DNA of 47,775 nt from a virus (IMGVR_UViG_3300037400_004417); one strand, 5' to 3'. Counted from the first letter of the stretch, positions 34,831 through 45,512 are shown. Numbers and translations are program-made. The notes: generated by a model not told the origin, from the sequence alone.

Positions 34831-35050
34831 CGTATCCTGTTAATATCTTATAGTCGTACTGGTCTTTGTTGTCGTTCCACCAGTTATCAGAAAGAACTTC
34901 GTAGGAAACGTAAGACCAAGAAGTTCCGAAATGGTTAGATACATAATATATATTTATCTAAAAGAATAATATTAGCGTCTAACCATTCGATTGCCGTCTC
35001 ATATGTAGTATAATTAGCCATAGCATTCTCCTTCCTATTGATAATTGCCT

Positions 35051-35314
35051 TTACAGTGTTTTTGTTTTACGTTTCAGAATAAAATCATTCCATCTATCAA
35101 CAGCTTCTTGGGCATGAGGCATAGGTTTATACATAAAATTTTTTGTAAATTCGTCGCTAATAGCAGAATCTATACATTTGTTAGAATAACATTCTGCAGT
35201 AAAGCCATCTAAATTTTTGCATACTGTCACCTTTCCTCCACAGCCACTGCATATATTATTTACTGTATACAATTCTGTATGGCCTAAAATGCTCATTGTT
35301 TTTAACTCCTTCAC
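35051..35314 (-). CDS. Lar-like zinc-binding protein
   Basis: CSGCGG...C...EAVDRWN pattern. Confidence 0.4.
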   Translation of the reverse strand: MKELKTMSILGHTELYTVNNICSGCGGKVTVCKNLDGFTAECYSNKCIDSAISDEFTKNFMYKPMPHAQEAVDRWNDFILKRKTKTL

Positions 35315-35438
35315 AATATTTATTAGGCTAAGCCTGAGCTTGTATTTTGCTTATTTAAGCTGTTTCATGTAGCTCCATCGATATTTAAGCCTATATCTTC
35401 AGCACAGCTCTTTATCAGCACCTAATTTGTTTTAATGA

Positions 35439-36023
35439 TTATTCAAATTCCTTAAGTACATTAAAGCCAATTTCTTCCTTTAAAGTTTCGAAAACACAGT
35501 ATTCGTCGCCGTCAATAACAATAATATACTTTCTGTTAGTCAAGAATTCTTCGAGACTAATATTCTCTTTCTTTAAGAATCTTTCTAACAAAGTTGAATC
35601 AGTTTCTATGCTACCAAAATACATATAGTATTCGCCTGTTTTCTTATTTCTACACCACCTGTTAGCAGGAAGCTCTATAGTCTCAAATTTCTCAAAATGC
35701 TTTTCCAAGATATCCATCAGTTCATTCCATCGTGGATCTTTATATACAGGATTATCTTCTTCAGTATAAGAAGTCCCGTTATATCTTGAAAAAAATGATG
35801 GGATAACATATCTTAACTTGTCATAGAAAGTTGCTAATACATTAAAAGGGCAACGGCCAAATTCTAAATCGCTACTATTATTAATTTCCAAAATGCCGTC
35901 AAATATCCAGCACCTGCGTTCTTTTTCTTCGTCTGAATAATACTCGTCCTTATCCGTTACTACTATACTATGCATAGCGGAACTATTAGTTTCAAATACT
36001 CCTGTTCTTTTCTTAATAACCAT
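35439..36023 (-). CDS. FETNSS-motif protein 1
   Basis: KRTGVFETNSSAMHSI; LEEFL.N....I.ID.D shared with 37991-38557. Confidence 0.75.
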   Translation of the reverse strand: MVIKKRTGVFETNSSAMHSIVVTDKDEYYSDEEKERRCWIFDGILEINNSSDLEFGRCPFNVLATFYDKLRYVIPSFFSRYNGTSYTEEDNPVYKDPRWNELMDILEKHFEKFETIELPANRWCRNKKTGEYYMYFGSIETDSTLLERFLKKENISLEEFLTNRKYIIVIDGDEYCVFETLKEEIGFNVLKEFE

Positions 36024-36228
36024 ATAATAATCGCATCCCTTCTGGTGAATCTAAATATTGAAGTATAAACATTAATATGACAAAATTAACCGTGAATAAT
36101 ATTGCTTTGCCTATTGTTCCATCTTCTTTATCAAGAGCCATAGTTACTAAGGCTGTTATCATAAATTCGCAAAAAATAATGACTGCCATTATTCCCAATG
36201 AAGTAAATAATATCATTTTTTTCCTCAT
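36013..36228 (-). CDS. two-TM membrane protein
   Basis: Two hydrophobic segments. Confidence 0.6.
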   Translation of the reverse strand: MRKKMILFTSLGIMAVIIFCEFMITALVTMALDKEDGTIGKAILFTVNFVILMFILQYLDSPEGMRLLYGY

Positions 36229-37178
36229 TCTATTTCAATACGTCTAATTGCATATCTTTCTTTTATGTCTTGGAATATGTAATCCACTGTCCATTTATCA
36301 TCTATTCTTAATGGAATACAAGGTGATCCTGTAGGCTCGCTACTGCTTCTAGCGTAATAACCATTTACTAAGTCTACGTACATAGTAGCGGAACCTTCTT
36401 GCCCCATGTAACAGTCATTCCATGTCTCTTCATTAACATGATCTTTTACATGAAGCTGTTCAAGAGCATTATTATCGAATACAACGCATTCAAAAACTTT
36501 AAACATCTTAGGCAAATAAAAATTTAAATTGTTAAATTTAATAGCAATATATTTTGCATAATTATTTAAGAAATTTATTCCTCTACCTTTATTCTTATAA
36601 CCAAGAATAAGAATTTTGCGCGCTCCAGAAAGATATATCTTATCAATATCGTTATAATCATGAATGCCAGCGATAACATGGATTACAGCATTAGGAAAAA
36701 ATTTTAATTTTTCTTTAATACGATTTGGAGAAGCGCTCTTACTCCAACTTATACCAATGCCATAAATTAATTTATTTTTAGTCCATTCAAGTAAAATGTC
36801 CCAGTGCTCTTCAAAATGTCGTTCAGACACAGTTATATTAACAAATACATTCTTAGCCTTCATCTTTTCTAAGAACCATTCTAAATCAGGATGGCTCAAA
36901 TCATTACCGTTAATAGCTAGTTCTGTATATGGATGAATACTATCTAAGAACTTTTCATATTTCTTGAAGTCAGCATGCTTTCCTTCTAGCGTGCAATTAG
37001 CATAGCAGTAAGGGCATCCATTATCACATTTGTTAGTAATATTCATATCCATAGATTCTGGGAATGCTGGCTGAAAACCGTTCTTTTCTTCTTCATCAGG
37101 TAATACTCTATACTTACTTCCGTCTTTATCACTAATAACTACTGTATAGTTTCCATTTCTGTATGCCTTTAATGCCAT
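36225..37178 (-). CDS. radical SAM protein
   Basis: CDNGCPYCY (CxxxCxxC), LAINGND, NITV. Confidence 0.9.
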   Translation of the reverse strand: MALKAYRNGNYTVVISDKDGSKYRVLPDEEEKNGFQPAFPESMDMNITNKCDNGCPYCYANCTLEGKHADFKKYEKFLDSIHPYTELAINGNDLSHPDLEWFLEKMKAKNVFVNITVSERHFEEHWDILLEWTKNKLIYGIGISWSKSASPNRIKEKLKFFPNAVIHVIAGIHDYNDIDKIYLSGARKILILGYKNKGRGINFLNNYAKYIAIKFNNLNFYLPKMFKVFECVVFDNNALEQLHVKDHVNEETWNDCYMGQEGSATMYVDLVNGYYARSSSEPTGSPCIPLRIDDKWTVDYIFQDIKERYAIRRIEIE

Positions 37179-37196
37179 GTTAAAACACTCTCCTTT

Positions 37197-37619
37197 TTAT
37201 AAATTGTTTAACATATCCCGGCATTTTTCATATACCTTGCTTGCATTGTTTTGAGCTTCTTCTGCAGTTTTGAAGACATTACCAGTTGCCAATAAACATC
37301 GTTGATATAGTGAATCAATCCATATATCGTCTTTTGCTTCTACGGTATCTGCACTAGGGTCGTAATTCTCAATAGAATAAAAACGATCGTAATATTTAGG
37401 GATATACGGTCTCTTTTTTACAAGATAACCGCTGTCCTTGTTTAATACATGACATATTAATCTTGCTTCTAAATAGGACTTTGTGCTATCTTGAGCATAA
37501 GTATTCATTCCAGATTGGTCTATATATACATTTTTTGCAATGATTTTTCCTTCTATGTTTACAATATCAAATAGTTCATCTAGCTCAACGCCGAGTTTCT
37601 TCGCTATCTCTGTCCACAT
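37197..37619 (-). CDS. hypothetical protein of 'LGVE..EEF' family
   Basis: IAKKLGVELDELF...PYIPK...GNVFKTAEEA. Confidence 0.7.
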   Translation of the reverse strand: MWTEIAKKLGVELDELFDIVNIEGKIIAKNVYIDQSGMNTYAQDSTKSYLEARLICHVLNKDSGYLVKKRPYIPKYYDRFYSIENYDPSADTVEAKDDIWIDSLYQRCLLATGNVFKTAEEAQNNASKVYEKCRDMLNNL

Positions 37620-37763
37620 AATATCGCCTCTTCCTTTATTTTATTTATAAAATCATCGATTTCACACTGATAACCATAGACACTTCCTACACCATAAGGG
37701 CAATTTTTACAAGCATCGTTATTTATTAAACAATATTTTTCTTTTATCTCTCTTAAAACCTTT

Positions 37764-38006
37764 TCAGCTATTTCTTTCTCCATAATATTCCCCTTCTTTT
37801 GGCAATTCGCTCCAAGCTATAACGTCCTTTAATTCTACATTAAAATCTGCGTGTTCAAAGACTTTATCTTCTTTGTTGTACCAAAGAAAGTCATACCAAA
37901 TATTATTATTAATTCGGTAACACACTAAAACAAATTCTCTGTCTTGAGGCAGCTTTTCTTCAACAGAATACCACTCTAATTCAGTTTTTATCATACTTGA
38001 TTCCAA
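37764..38006 (-). CDS. DUF551-like protein
   Basis: EWYSVEEKLP...VLV...VIAWSELP. Confidence 0.65.
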   Translation of the reverse strand: MESSMIKTELEWYSVEEKLPQDREFVLVCYRINNNIWYDFLWYNKEDKVFEHADFNVELKDVIAWSELPKEGEYYGERNS

Positions 38007-38557
38007 CCTTTGAATTCTTCTTCAGGTTCTTCGAAATCACGGTTATCGTTATCAATAATCATCGCAAGATTACTATTGAAGATATATTCTTCTAAGGAAA
38101 TATTGTGTCGATAAAGAGCTCCCTGCAAAGTTCCTTCACTATCATGATCAATGTGGCCATGATATGTCATATTAGTATCCATTGTCTTCTCATCGTACCA
38201 CCACGGCTTAAAATGCATATTCTTAATTAATGGCAATACAAATTCATTAAAGTTAGGGATATAGCGGCGAATAATTTCTTCAATTTCTCCAATGTCGTAT
38301 TTACTTGCGATAGCATATGCAATTTTATCTTTAACAGAAGACTTAACTTCTGGTCCCCAACCAAATTCAAGTTCTTCTTCATTATTAAACTCAAGATTGC
38401 ATTGCGGAGTTAATTCTTCAACTAACTCCGCGATACTATTAACATAATTATCAGTTCTAGCATCTTCTAGTGTATCCATATTGTCTCTTATAGCTAAGCT
38501 GTGACAACTAGAACTGTTAGTTTCAAATACACCGACTCTCTTCTTAGCAATTGACAT
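37991..38557 (-). CDS. FETNSS-motif protein 2
   Basis: KRVGVFETNSSSCHSL; GHIDH.S. Confidence 0.75.
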   Translation of the reverse strand: MSIAKKRVGVFETNSSSCHSLAIRDNMDTLEDARTDNYVNSIAELVEELTPQCNLEFNNEEELEFGWGPEVKSSVKDKIAYAIASKYDIGEIEEIIRRYIPNFNEFVLPLIKNMHFKPWWYDEKTMDTNMTYHGHIDHDSEGTLQGALYRHNISLEEYIFNSNLAMIIDNDNRDFEEPEEEFKGWNQV

Positions 38558-38570
38558 ATTTATCTACTCC

Positions 38571-39659
38571 TTAGAAATTAAATTTATCAAAGTTGTCAGC
38601 TTTAAATACTTCAATTCTCTTGATATCTACATCTGTATACTTTCTTTCATCTGCGTCACAATAGGTCTCAATATCGTATAATTCTATTTTGTCTACATAG
38701 AACATATTGTTTATCTTATCATATATAAAATTCTTCTTGTTAATAGTAGCTTCTATATCTATTGGTCCGCTATAGTTAAGTACTGGCTGGCTTCTATTGA
38801 ATATATTATGATAGGTAGCCGTCGATTCAAATATTTCATTATTACTTAAATAAAACTTGCAATTATAGTCAATTGTATCTATGTTCTTGATATTTAAATC
38901 ATCTATAATGTCAGAGAAAGTTTCTCCAGTATTAAGTTCTATAGCAATAGCACGTAAACAATCATAATTTAACGGCACTTTTACGGCAAAATTTAATACA
39001 TTATCAATTTCGTTATAATAAGCTGGATCTAACTTGTCCTTCATATAGTATACGATTTCATCTTTATCCGGAGCTTTGAAACGAAAATGAAAATGAAATC
39101 TACCTGGTCTATTTAAAAGTAAGTTACTTAAATCATAAATATCGTTGCAAGTTATAATATACAGGCGGCGAAAACTTACTGCTGTTCCGTCGAACATAGA
39201 CAATAATTTTTCCTGAGTACAATTATCATCATCGTTACACTTCTGATAAGTCTTTTCAAATTCATCTGCAAATACTGCTATATCCTGTTTAATACTTGAA
39301 ATGAAATTATGAACACCGTCGACATTAGTATCCAATAAAATAACAGGCATTCTAAGTTCGTCTACGGTTCTGTTACAGATTATTCTCGCACATAAACTTT
39401 TTCCGATACCTTTCTGACCGGATAAAATCACACCGAGATTACCTTCTTTATCTTTAAATCTTCTGATAACTTTATCAGCTTTAGCTGTATGCTTACCATA
39501 AACAACAGATTCTCCTATAAGTAAAGGCTCTTTCTTTTCAAGAAAGAAACCAGCTAACTTATTAAATCCTATAGAATAGTAGCCTGGGTCTAATTTCTCC
39601 TTAACGACTAAATCGTCGCCATAAATTCGTATTGTATTTTCTGTTTCGATAATCTTCAT
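38571..39659 (-). CDS. AAA+ ATPase
   Basis: GQKGIGKS Walker A, FADEFEK Walker B, NRPGRF. Confidence 0.92.
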   Translation of the reverse strand: MKIIETENTIRIYGDDLVVKEKLDPGYYSIGFNKLAGFFLEKKEPLLIGESVVYGKHTAKADKVIRRFKDKEGNLGVILSGQKGIGKSLCARIICNRTVDELRMPVILLDTNVDGVHNFISSIKQDIAVFADEFEKTYQKCNDDDNCTQEKLLSMFDGTAVSFRRLYIITCNDIYDLSNLLLNRPGRFHFHFRFKAPDKDEIVYYMKDKLDPAYYNEIDNVLNFAVKVPLNYDCLRAIAIELNTGETFSDIIDDLNIKNIDTIDYNCKFYLSNNEIFESTATYHNIFNRSQPVLNYSGPIDIEATINKKNFIYDKINNMFYVDKIELYDIETYCDADERKYTDVDIKRIEVFKADNFDKFNF

Positions 39660-39688
39660 AATCTTTTCCTCCTCTTTATGCTGCTTTC

Positions 39689-40054
39689 TTATCCCTTGTT
39701 TCTTTTGACAGAAATTAGTTTTTCTGATAGCTGTTTCAACATTTCATACTTTTCTTCTTCGCTTTTTACTAGTTTAACTACATCTATACCATAAGGATTG
39801 TAGCAATTAGCGTTAATTATACAAAGAACTTCGTCGTTTACGTTATAATGTTCAACCCTTTCTTGCAATTCGATTACAAATCTTTCACGAAATCCAGTAA
39901 AAATCATTTCAGAATCGAAACTATTTTTCTTGCGTATTATGATAAGCTCTGTATTGTCAAGGTCAATCGTCCAGCCGTTATTCTTTATTTCTTCGATGAC
40001 TTTTCCGGTATCAATAGAATCAATAGGTATTTTTGTTTCAAAATTAAATATCAT
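39689..40054 (-). CDS. hypothetical protein
   Basis: 121-aa ORF. Confidence 0.6.
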   Translation of the reverse strand: MIFNFETKIPIDSIDTGKVIEEIKNNGWTIDLDNTELIIIRKKNSFDSEMIFTGFRERFVIELQERVEHYNVNDEVLCIINANCYNPYGIDVVKLVKSEEEKYEMLKQLSEKLISVKRNKG

Positions 40055-40057
40055 ATG

Positions 40058-40513
40058 TTAATACCATCCTGTCATATAATAATACTTATCAGCATAAGAG
40101 CTTTCAATAATATATTCGAGACGTTCTATAATTATTCGTCTCTCTATAGATATTTCGTTTTTATTGAAATCGTCTTCTGTTTCGTAATGCAATCTTACCT
40201 TCTTATCTTTGACATCCTGAAGAAGTCTTTTTAAATCATTCAAAGTGTAGATGCGAATAATATAATCGTGTTTACCTCTAGGTATCTTAGAAACATCTTT
40301 ATAGCTTTCTAGCCTATTAAGAAGGTCGCTTTCTCTTGAAAAACCTTCTCCGATATGTTCACTAGCGCAAAATAATGTTCTTTCGCTGGAAATTCCGTCT
40401 TGATCTTTCCAAGAAGATAAAACGCCGCCGTCTCTTTCGATCTGTTCTTCTGTAACTCCTAATGAATACAGGAATCTCTTTCTGATTCTGTATACATCCA
40501 TACTCATACTCAT
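40058..40513 (-). CDS. hypothetical protein
   Basis: 151-aa ORF. Confidence 0.65.
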   Translation of the reverse strand: MSMSMDVYRIRKRFLYSLGVTEEQIERDGGVLSSWKDQDGISSERTLFCASEHIGEGFSRESDLLNRLESYKDVSKIPRGKHDYIIRIYTLNDLKRLLQDVKDKKVRLHYETEDDFNKNEISIERRIIIERLEYIIESSYADKYYYMTGWY

Positions 40514-40839
40514 TATAAAATCTCTCCTATTCTTCTAACTCTTATAATGCCAGGAATGATATTTCCATACATGTCAGTTAATTTTGTGCCGATTTGCCAT
40601 ATTTCAAGCCATTCTTCTCCTATAATAAATAATCTGTCGTCGTCGCTTAACAGTTCATGCCCACCTACACAGGTGGCATCCTCTGGATAAAAACGTCGTG
40701 CAGTACCAGTTGGAAGAATTTTATTCGCTATTCCCTCTAAAGTTTCGTTACCTTTAATCTGTAAAAATCTCCATTTAGCATCTGGTATATTACTATAAGT
40801 AATGTATTCCATATTTTTATCAATAATATTGTTTGCCAT
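40513..40839 (-). CDS. hypothetical protein
   Basis: 108-aa ORF, SD GAGGTGA. Confidence 0.65.
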   Translation of the reverse strand: MANNIIDKNMEYITYSNIPDAKWRFLQIKGNETLEGIANKILPTGTARRFYPEDATCVGGHELLSDDDRLFIIGEEWLEIWQIGTKLTDMYGNIIPGIIRVRRIGEIL

Positions 40840-40960
40840 TTTCTCACCTCACTAATATAAGAAGTAAACGAAATACTAATTTCAATAATCATCTGGTCTT
40901 TTGAATGTTCTACCATATCTCAAGCCATAGCCAACATAAACAATATGATAAAAATGTCGA

Positions 40961-41395
40961 TCATGCTTTAATGACCATTTTTAATATCTTCAAAGTTTTA
41001 TAATTTTTATTAAGTGTTGTCCAGCTTTTTCCAATAACCATACACCTAAGAGTTTCTTCCTTACCACAGCTTAATATACAATCAGCGCAATTATCATATT
41101 TTTTACAAATTTTATTTATGTTTATTGCTGCATCAATAAGTCCTTTTGTTATCTTCCAGCGTTTTTTATGCTCATGCAGAATTTCCGAAGAAGAAAGAAC
41201 TTTATTAATAAAAGATAAAATATGGCCGCCTTCAATAGCTTCTTTTTTTGTCTTAGCTACAATAGGACATTCGGCAATTGAATATTCATCATCATCCTTT
41301 TCAAGTCTAAAACCACAATTTTTACAGTTTTCGTGCCATGCACAAAATCTATTAACTTTAATAGCTGCCTTAATAATTTCTTTTGTCAATTTCAT
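40961..41395 (-). CDS. Cys-rich protein with internal duplication
   Basis: K+TK.+I.AAI.+N..C....NC..C occurs twice. Confidence 0.65.
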   Translation of the reverse strand: MKLTKEIIKAAIKVNRFCAWHENCKNCGFRLEKDDDEYSIAECPIVAKTKKEAIEGGHILSFINKVLSSSEILHEHKKRWKITKGLIDAAININKICKKYDNCADCILSCGKEETLRCMVIGKSWTTLNKNYKTLKILKMVIKA

Positions 41396-41430
41396 CTTTT
41401 TTTACCTAAATTTTTTCCTTCCTTGACTAT

Positions 41431-41736
41431 TCAAATAGTATTTCTCACCTCACTTACATAAGAAGTAAACGAAATACTGTTGATAGTATAATAATTCCAA
41501 TAATCACTTGGCCTTTTAAATCTTCCACAATATCCTAAGTCATAACCAACATAAGTGATATTATAGAAATGTCGATACCTGTTTTTATGTCTATGTCTCT
41601 GAGTGTATTTAGTAACCGTAAATCTAACGATTTTTCCTTCCTCTTCTCGGTATTTTATATTGTTTATCTCGTACTTTGATATTTTTTGCGCTTTTATAAG
41701 ATTACGCATTCTCACAACACGATATTTATCTACCAT
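41431..41736 (-). CDS. hypothetical protein
   Basis: 101-aa ORF; degenerate copy at about 40845-40965. Confidence 0.6.
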   Translation of the reverse strand: MVDKYRVVRMRNLIKAQKISKYEINNIKYREEEGKIVRFTVTKYTQRHRHKNRYRHFYNITYVGYDLGYCGRFKRPSDYWNYYTINSISFTSYVSEVRNTI

Positions 41737-41774
41737 ATTTTATGTTCTCCTTTTTTATGCCTTAATAAATACCA

Positions 41775-41963
41775 TTATGCAACAACATTTTCAAAAAGTT
41801 CACATTTATCATCTTTTTTGACGTGCTGAGCATATTTTGAACTTTTATCATTGAAACAAAACATTTCATCTTTTTTGCAATTTAATGTCGGATAAGCCTT
41901 TGAACAGCTGTTACAGCATGGCTTCACCGTGTTTTCTTTAGTTATTATCGGTCGCTTCATCAT
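41775..41963 (-). CDS. small Cys-rich protein
   Basis: CNSC...C...C...C. Confidence 0.55.
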   Translation of the reverse strand: MMKRPIITKENTVKPCCNSCSKAYPTLNCKKDEMFCFNDKSSKYAQHVKKDDKCELFENVVA

Positions 41964-42267
41964 TCATCATCCAAAAGTCTATTGCACTTTGAACTTCAGG
42001 ATTTCGACTTAGGGAGTTATCCTTAGTCGTTTCACAAAAATCCTCTATACAGTCAATCAATCCCCTCTTGTTTAATTCTACGTCTCTAGTAAAATATAAA
42101 TCCTTGGGGTGATCAATTCCATAATCACCGTCTTTTTCATATGCTTTATAAATCGTGCATATGTTAAAACCTCTTATGTTATTTACGTTAGCATAAAAGA
42201 TTTCTCCATCTTCTTCAAAAAATATTGACACAAAGCTCTCACATTTGTGTTCTTTCAAAATCTTCAT
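41938..42267 (-). CDS. hypothetical protein
   Basis: 109 aa, SD GGAGG. Confidence 0.65.
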   Translation of the reverse strand: MKILKEHKCESFVSIFFEEDGEIFYANVNNIRGFNICTIYKAYEKDGDYGIDHPKDLYFTRDVELNKRGLIDCIEDFCETTKDNSLSRNPEVQSAIDFWMMNDEATDNN

Positions 42268-42293
42268 GTTGCCGCCTCCTTTTAGCTTCTCCT

Positions 42294-42575
42294 TTAGTCA
42301 TTTGTTTTCACCTTGATAGCATCCTTGTTCCAAAAATCATCTACTCTCTTTCTAATAACCTTACTCATTAGCTGACTATCTTTTTCGGCGGGAGAAGTAT
42401 CTAAAAGAAACATTCTTCTTGCTGTGTTTCTGATGACTGTCTCGAGTCCCATATAATCTATTAAGGCTTTCTTGGTTTCGTCGTTGGTGTCTATAGTTAC
42501 TTCGTATATTAATGGAATAGTGACCTTAAAAGTCTTCTTACTAGAAGTTTCTTCTATTCTATCCATTTTTCTCAC
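42294..42575 (-). CDS. hypothetical protein
   Basis: 93-aa ORF. Confidence 0.55.
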   Translation of the reverse strand: MRKMDRIEETSSKKTFKVTIPLIYEVTIDTNDETKKALIDYMGLETVIRNTARRMFLLDTSPAEKDSQLMSKVIRKRVDDFWNKDAIKVKTND

Positions 42576-42578
42576 TCC

Positions 42579-42893
42579 TTACAAACAGCCGCCACAACAT
42601 CCATAAGGCACATTATCATTAAAGATTTCTGTTATTTCTTCAATATAGGGCTTTAATTCCAGCGGCAAATCATCTCTTATAATTGTCCATTCATCGGTCT
42701 CAACATGACTTTTAGACCAGCCTCTTGAAAAATAAGCTCTGCCGCCTGTTACCCAGAACTTATTATAGTCGCAGTCATCATTTCCAAAAGTCTTATCAAC
42801 TCCATCGATATTTAAAGTCAATATGCCACTGCATAAATTAGGATATGCTCCAGTATAACTTACAAATTTAATATTCATCCTTTTTTCCTCCAT
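42579..42893 (-). CDS. conserved hypothetical phage protein
   Basis: YTGAYPNLCSG...FWVTGG...NVPYGCCGGCL. Confidence 0.75.
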   Translation of the reverse strand: MEEKRMNIKFVSYTGAYPNLCSGILTLNIDGVDKTFGNDDCDYNKFWVTGGRAYFSRGWSKSHVETDEWTIIRDDLPLELKPYIEEITEIFNDNVPYGCCGGCL

Positions 42894-42899
42894 GATCGA

Positions 42900-43280
42900 C
42901 TAACTGCTTTTTATTTTGTTGATCATATACACTACTTCAAAGTTGTTTAAAACATTAATTTCTGTATCACAATGAATACAGTTAGTGCTCTCAGGAATCT
43001 CATCATTAACTGAATCATACATTGTACTGTCTAAATGACAGCATACAGGACATTTTGCAACAAACTTTCTAGCGACAAAGCCCGCATCTTTACAGAGTTC
43101 TAATGTTTTAATCGCAATGACTTTGTCCATTTTGCATTCTCTTTGCACAGCATCTGGATATATGATTTGTCCTTTCTTGTAATATTTATTTAAAAAAGCG
43201 ATTACTTTCATATAATCCATATTTGTCGGTTGCTTATTTTTTATTGATAAAATCAATTGTTCAAAATTATTTATTTCCAT
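42900..43280 (-). CDS. hypothetical protein with zinc ribbon
   Basis: CPVC...CIHC. Confidence 0.65.
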   Translation of the reverse strand: MEINNFEQLILSIKNKQPTNMDYMKVIAFLNKYYKKGQIIYPDAVQRECKMDKVIAIKTLELCKDAGFVARKFVAKCPVCCHLDSTMYDSVNDEIPESTNCIHCDTEINVLNNFEVVYMINKIKSS

Positions 43281-43473
43281 TATTTTGCCTCGATAAAGAA
43301 TTAATCTAAATCTTCAAATGGATCTTCGTACCATGGGTCATCGCTGTTTATCCATTCTTCATAATAGTCTTCTCTTGGCTCTTCATGCCCACATCCATAG
43401 CATTTTCTAGTATCCATTTCGTAAAGATTCTGATTACATTTAGGACAACGACATAACCATGTTTCGTTTCTAC

Positions 43474-43731
43474 TCATTTTGTATCTACCTTCTTTCGTTG
43501 TTTTTCATTTTCGATAGTAATTCTTCTATGCTGTTTCCTTGCGAAACTTATTGCGTATTTCAAGCTTGCGTAACAACTATCTCTTATGTCTAAACTTAAA
43601 CAGATAAAATACACCGGGCATTCACTGCACGGCAAATCCATTGATTCCAAATGATAGGCCCAATCACGAAGGATATCGTCTTCACATTCTATAACATCTG
43701 GTTTTTTCACGAATAGCAACTCCTTTCTCAA
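43474..43731 (-). CDS. hypothetical protein
   Basis: 85-aa ORF, C..CPVY..C. Confidence 0.55.
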   Translation of the reverse strand: MRKELLFVKKPDVIECEDDILRDWAYHLESMDLPCSECPVYFICLSLDIRDSCYASLKYAISFARKQHRRITIENEKQRKKVDTK

Positions 43732-43982
43732 AAGAAATGTTCAATAAAATCAAACACAGCGTCCATTTTTGTGCAAGTTTTTAACTTTTCTCCACGATAG
43801 GAACAATACTTAATATGATTTTGAATAACTTCTGAATGATTTCTTGAGCTAACTATTCTCCAAGACTCAGAAGAAATATCATAGATAATATTTGTACCCG
43901 GTGAAAATATTAATCCTTCACAGTGATGTTGAGTATGTTTTACATATGGAATATTAGATTTTCTATCGAATATCTTTTTCAA
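43728..43982 (-). CDS. hypothetical protein
   Basis: 84-aa ORF. Confidence 0.5.
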   Translation of the reverse strand: MKKIFDRKSNIPYVKHTQHHCEGLIFSPGTNIIYDISSESWRIVSSRNHSEVIQNHIKYCSYRGEKLKTCTKMDAVFDFIEHFF

Positions 43983-44284
43983 TATTTATTCACCGCCGTC
44001 ATAATTTTCTCTATTAGTTCTACAATATGATCTTCAGCTATAACAATATTGTCAGGAGTTATAACATTTGCGGCGAGCATAGAAACAGCTACTTCTTTAG
44101 ACGGAGTAAATACATTGATAATAGCACTTATAACAAAAATTATAATATTACATTTAAGCCATTTATGCCTGATTTTCAATTTAGCCATTATCCTTTCTTC
44201 GCTGTCATAACTCCCTGTAGCATCAAGATAAAACCAACCTATGAACGGTATAGCTATCAATGATACAACAATAACAAATTGCAC
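43979..44284 (-). CDS. membrane protein, paralog of 45114-45473
   Basis: PS.....M......ITPDNI...ED.IV.LIEKIM.A.N shared. Confidence 0.7.
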   Translation of the reverse strand: MQFVIVVSLIAIPFIGWFYLDATGSYDSEERIMAKLKIRHKWLKCNIIIFVISAIINVFTPSKEVAVSMLAANVITPDNIVIAEDHIVELIEKIMTAVNKY

Positions 44285-44354
44285 TGTAAGTTTAAATGAA
44301 TCTAGTACTGATATCCAGTAAAAAAATATATGGATTTATAATTGGTTCCATAAA

Positions 44355-45056
44355 TTACACAATTCCTTTCTCTTTCAGATTATTAATATGAAAATAATAA
44401 CGTTCCTGTCTTTTTTCGATTCCGATAATATTGTTGATAAAATCCTTTATTTTTATGTGATACTTAGGATTATTATATGTTTCACCGTTTATCTTTATTT
44501 CATTTTTCTCGAGCAAATCATGAATTTCACTTTTCTTCGTGCAAACATTCATTTTGTATAAAAAATCAACTATATTAATATTTAAATAAGAATTTTCAAA
44601 TAATATTCTATTTCGTAGTTTGTCTAAATTGTCTTTCTTTTTATTCCTGAGCTTATCAGTTGCTAAAAACAATTCATCGTAGATGTATTCCATCTTATTC
44701 TTAATTTTCTCGATATTCTTTTCACGTTTTAACATGAATTTTTCATAAGCGCGGCGATAAGCGATTTCCTTGCCTCTTTTTTCATCGAATTTATCTTTTT
44801 CTAAATTACATTTAGTTACTCCATAAATAGGAGAAATGATATTATTCTTTGAATCTATTTGAATAGAGATATTATTATCGCCGTGACTGTTAAAATGCTT
44901 ATTCAGATAATAGTCTAAGAAATCATCGTTGTTTGTTAATGTAGTATCCTTTGAGAAATATGGTTTCATTATACAAGTAATTAATCCTTCTTCCTTATGA
45001 ATAACATATCTGTATTGAAAACCTTCTGCTTTATTAATAATCCAATCGGTAATCAT
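44355..45056 (-). CDS. hypothetical protein, paralog of 716-1210
   Basis: See 716-1210; possible S4-like C-terminus (LLEKNEIKING). Confidence 0.7.
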   Translation of the reverse strand: MITDWIINKAEGFQYRYVIHKEEGLITCIMKPYFSKDTTLTNNDDFLDYYLNKHFNSHGDNNISIQIDSKNNIISPIYGVTKCNLEKDKFDEKRGKEIAYRRAYEKFMLKREKNIEKIKNKMEYIYDELFLATDKLRNKKKDNLDKLRNRILFENSYLNINIVDFLYKMNVCTKKSEIHDLLEKNEIKINGETYNNPKYHIKIKDFINNIIGIEKRQERYYFHINNLKEKGIV

Positions 45057-45113
45057 TTTAACCTCCCAAAAACAACCTCTGTTCCTCTGTTAAATTTGCT
45101 GATATCCATACCA

Positions 45114-45473
45114 TTATTGACTATTATTCGTCGCTGCCATAATTTTTTCTATTAAGTCAACAATATAGTCTTCTGACACACCTATATTATCTGGAGTAAT
45201 ACAAGATGTAACTGCCATAGCTATTAAAGTTTTTTCTGAAGGAATAACAGTAGCTACAAAACCAGTTATTAATGCCGCGATAAAAACATATTTTAATGGC
45301 TTTTTCCCGAACATCTCTAGATCTTCTTTAATATTATGAGTAGATACACAAGATGCAAAAATTATAAATATTGACGAAAATCCAAAAACTACAGCAAGTG
45401 TGCTAAATACAGTATATATTTTCCCTACTATTGATATTAGATACAAATACATAGGATTAATTAATGGCTCCAT
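45114..45473 (-). CDS. membrane protein, paralog of 43979-44284
   Basis: Two to three TM segments. Confidence 0.75.
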   Translation of the reverse strand: MEPLINPMYLYLISIVGKIYTVFSTLAVVFGFSSIFIIFASCVSTHNIKEDLEMFGKKPLKYVFIAALITGFVATVIPSEKTLIAMAVTSCITPDNIGVSEDYIVDLIEKIMAATNNSQ

Positions 45474-45512
45474 TAGCTATCCTCCTTTAGCAATAAATTA
45501 TAAAATTCTCTT

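Noticed and set aside
34840-35030. Stop-codon read-through gene
   Set aside because: Stops in all frames of mixed types; better explained as a decayed gene
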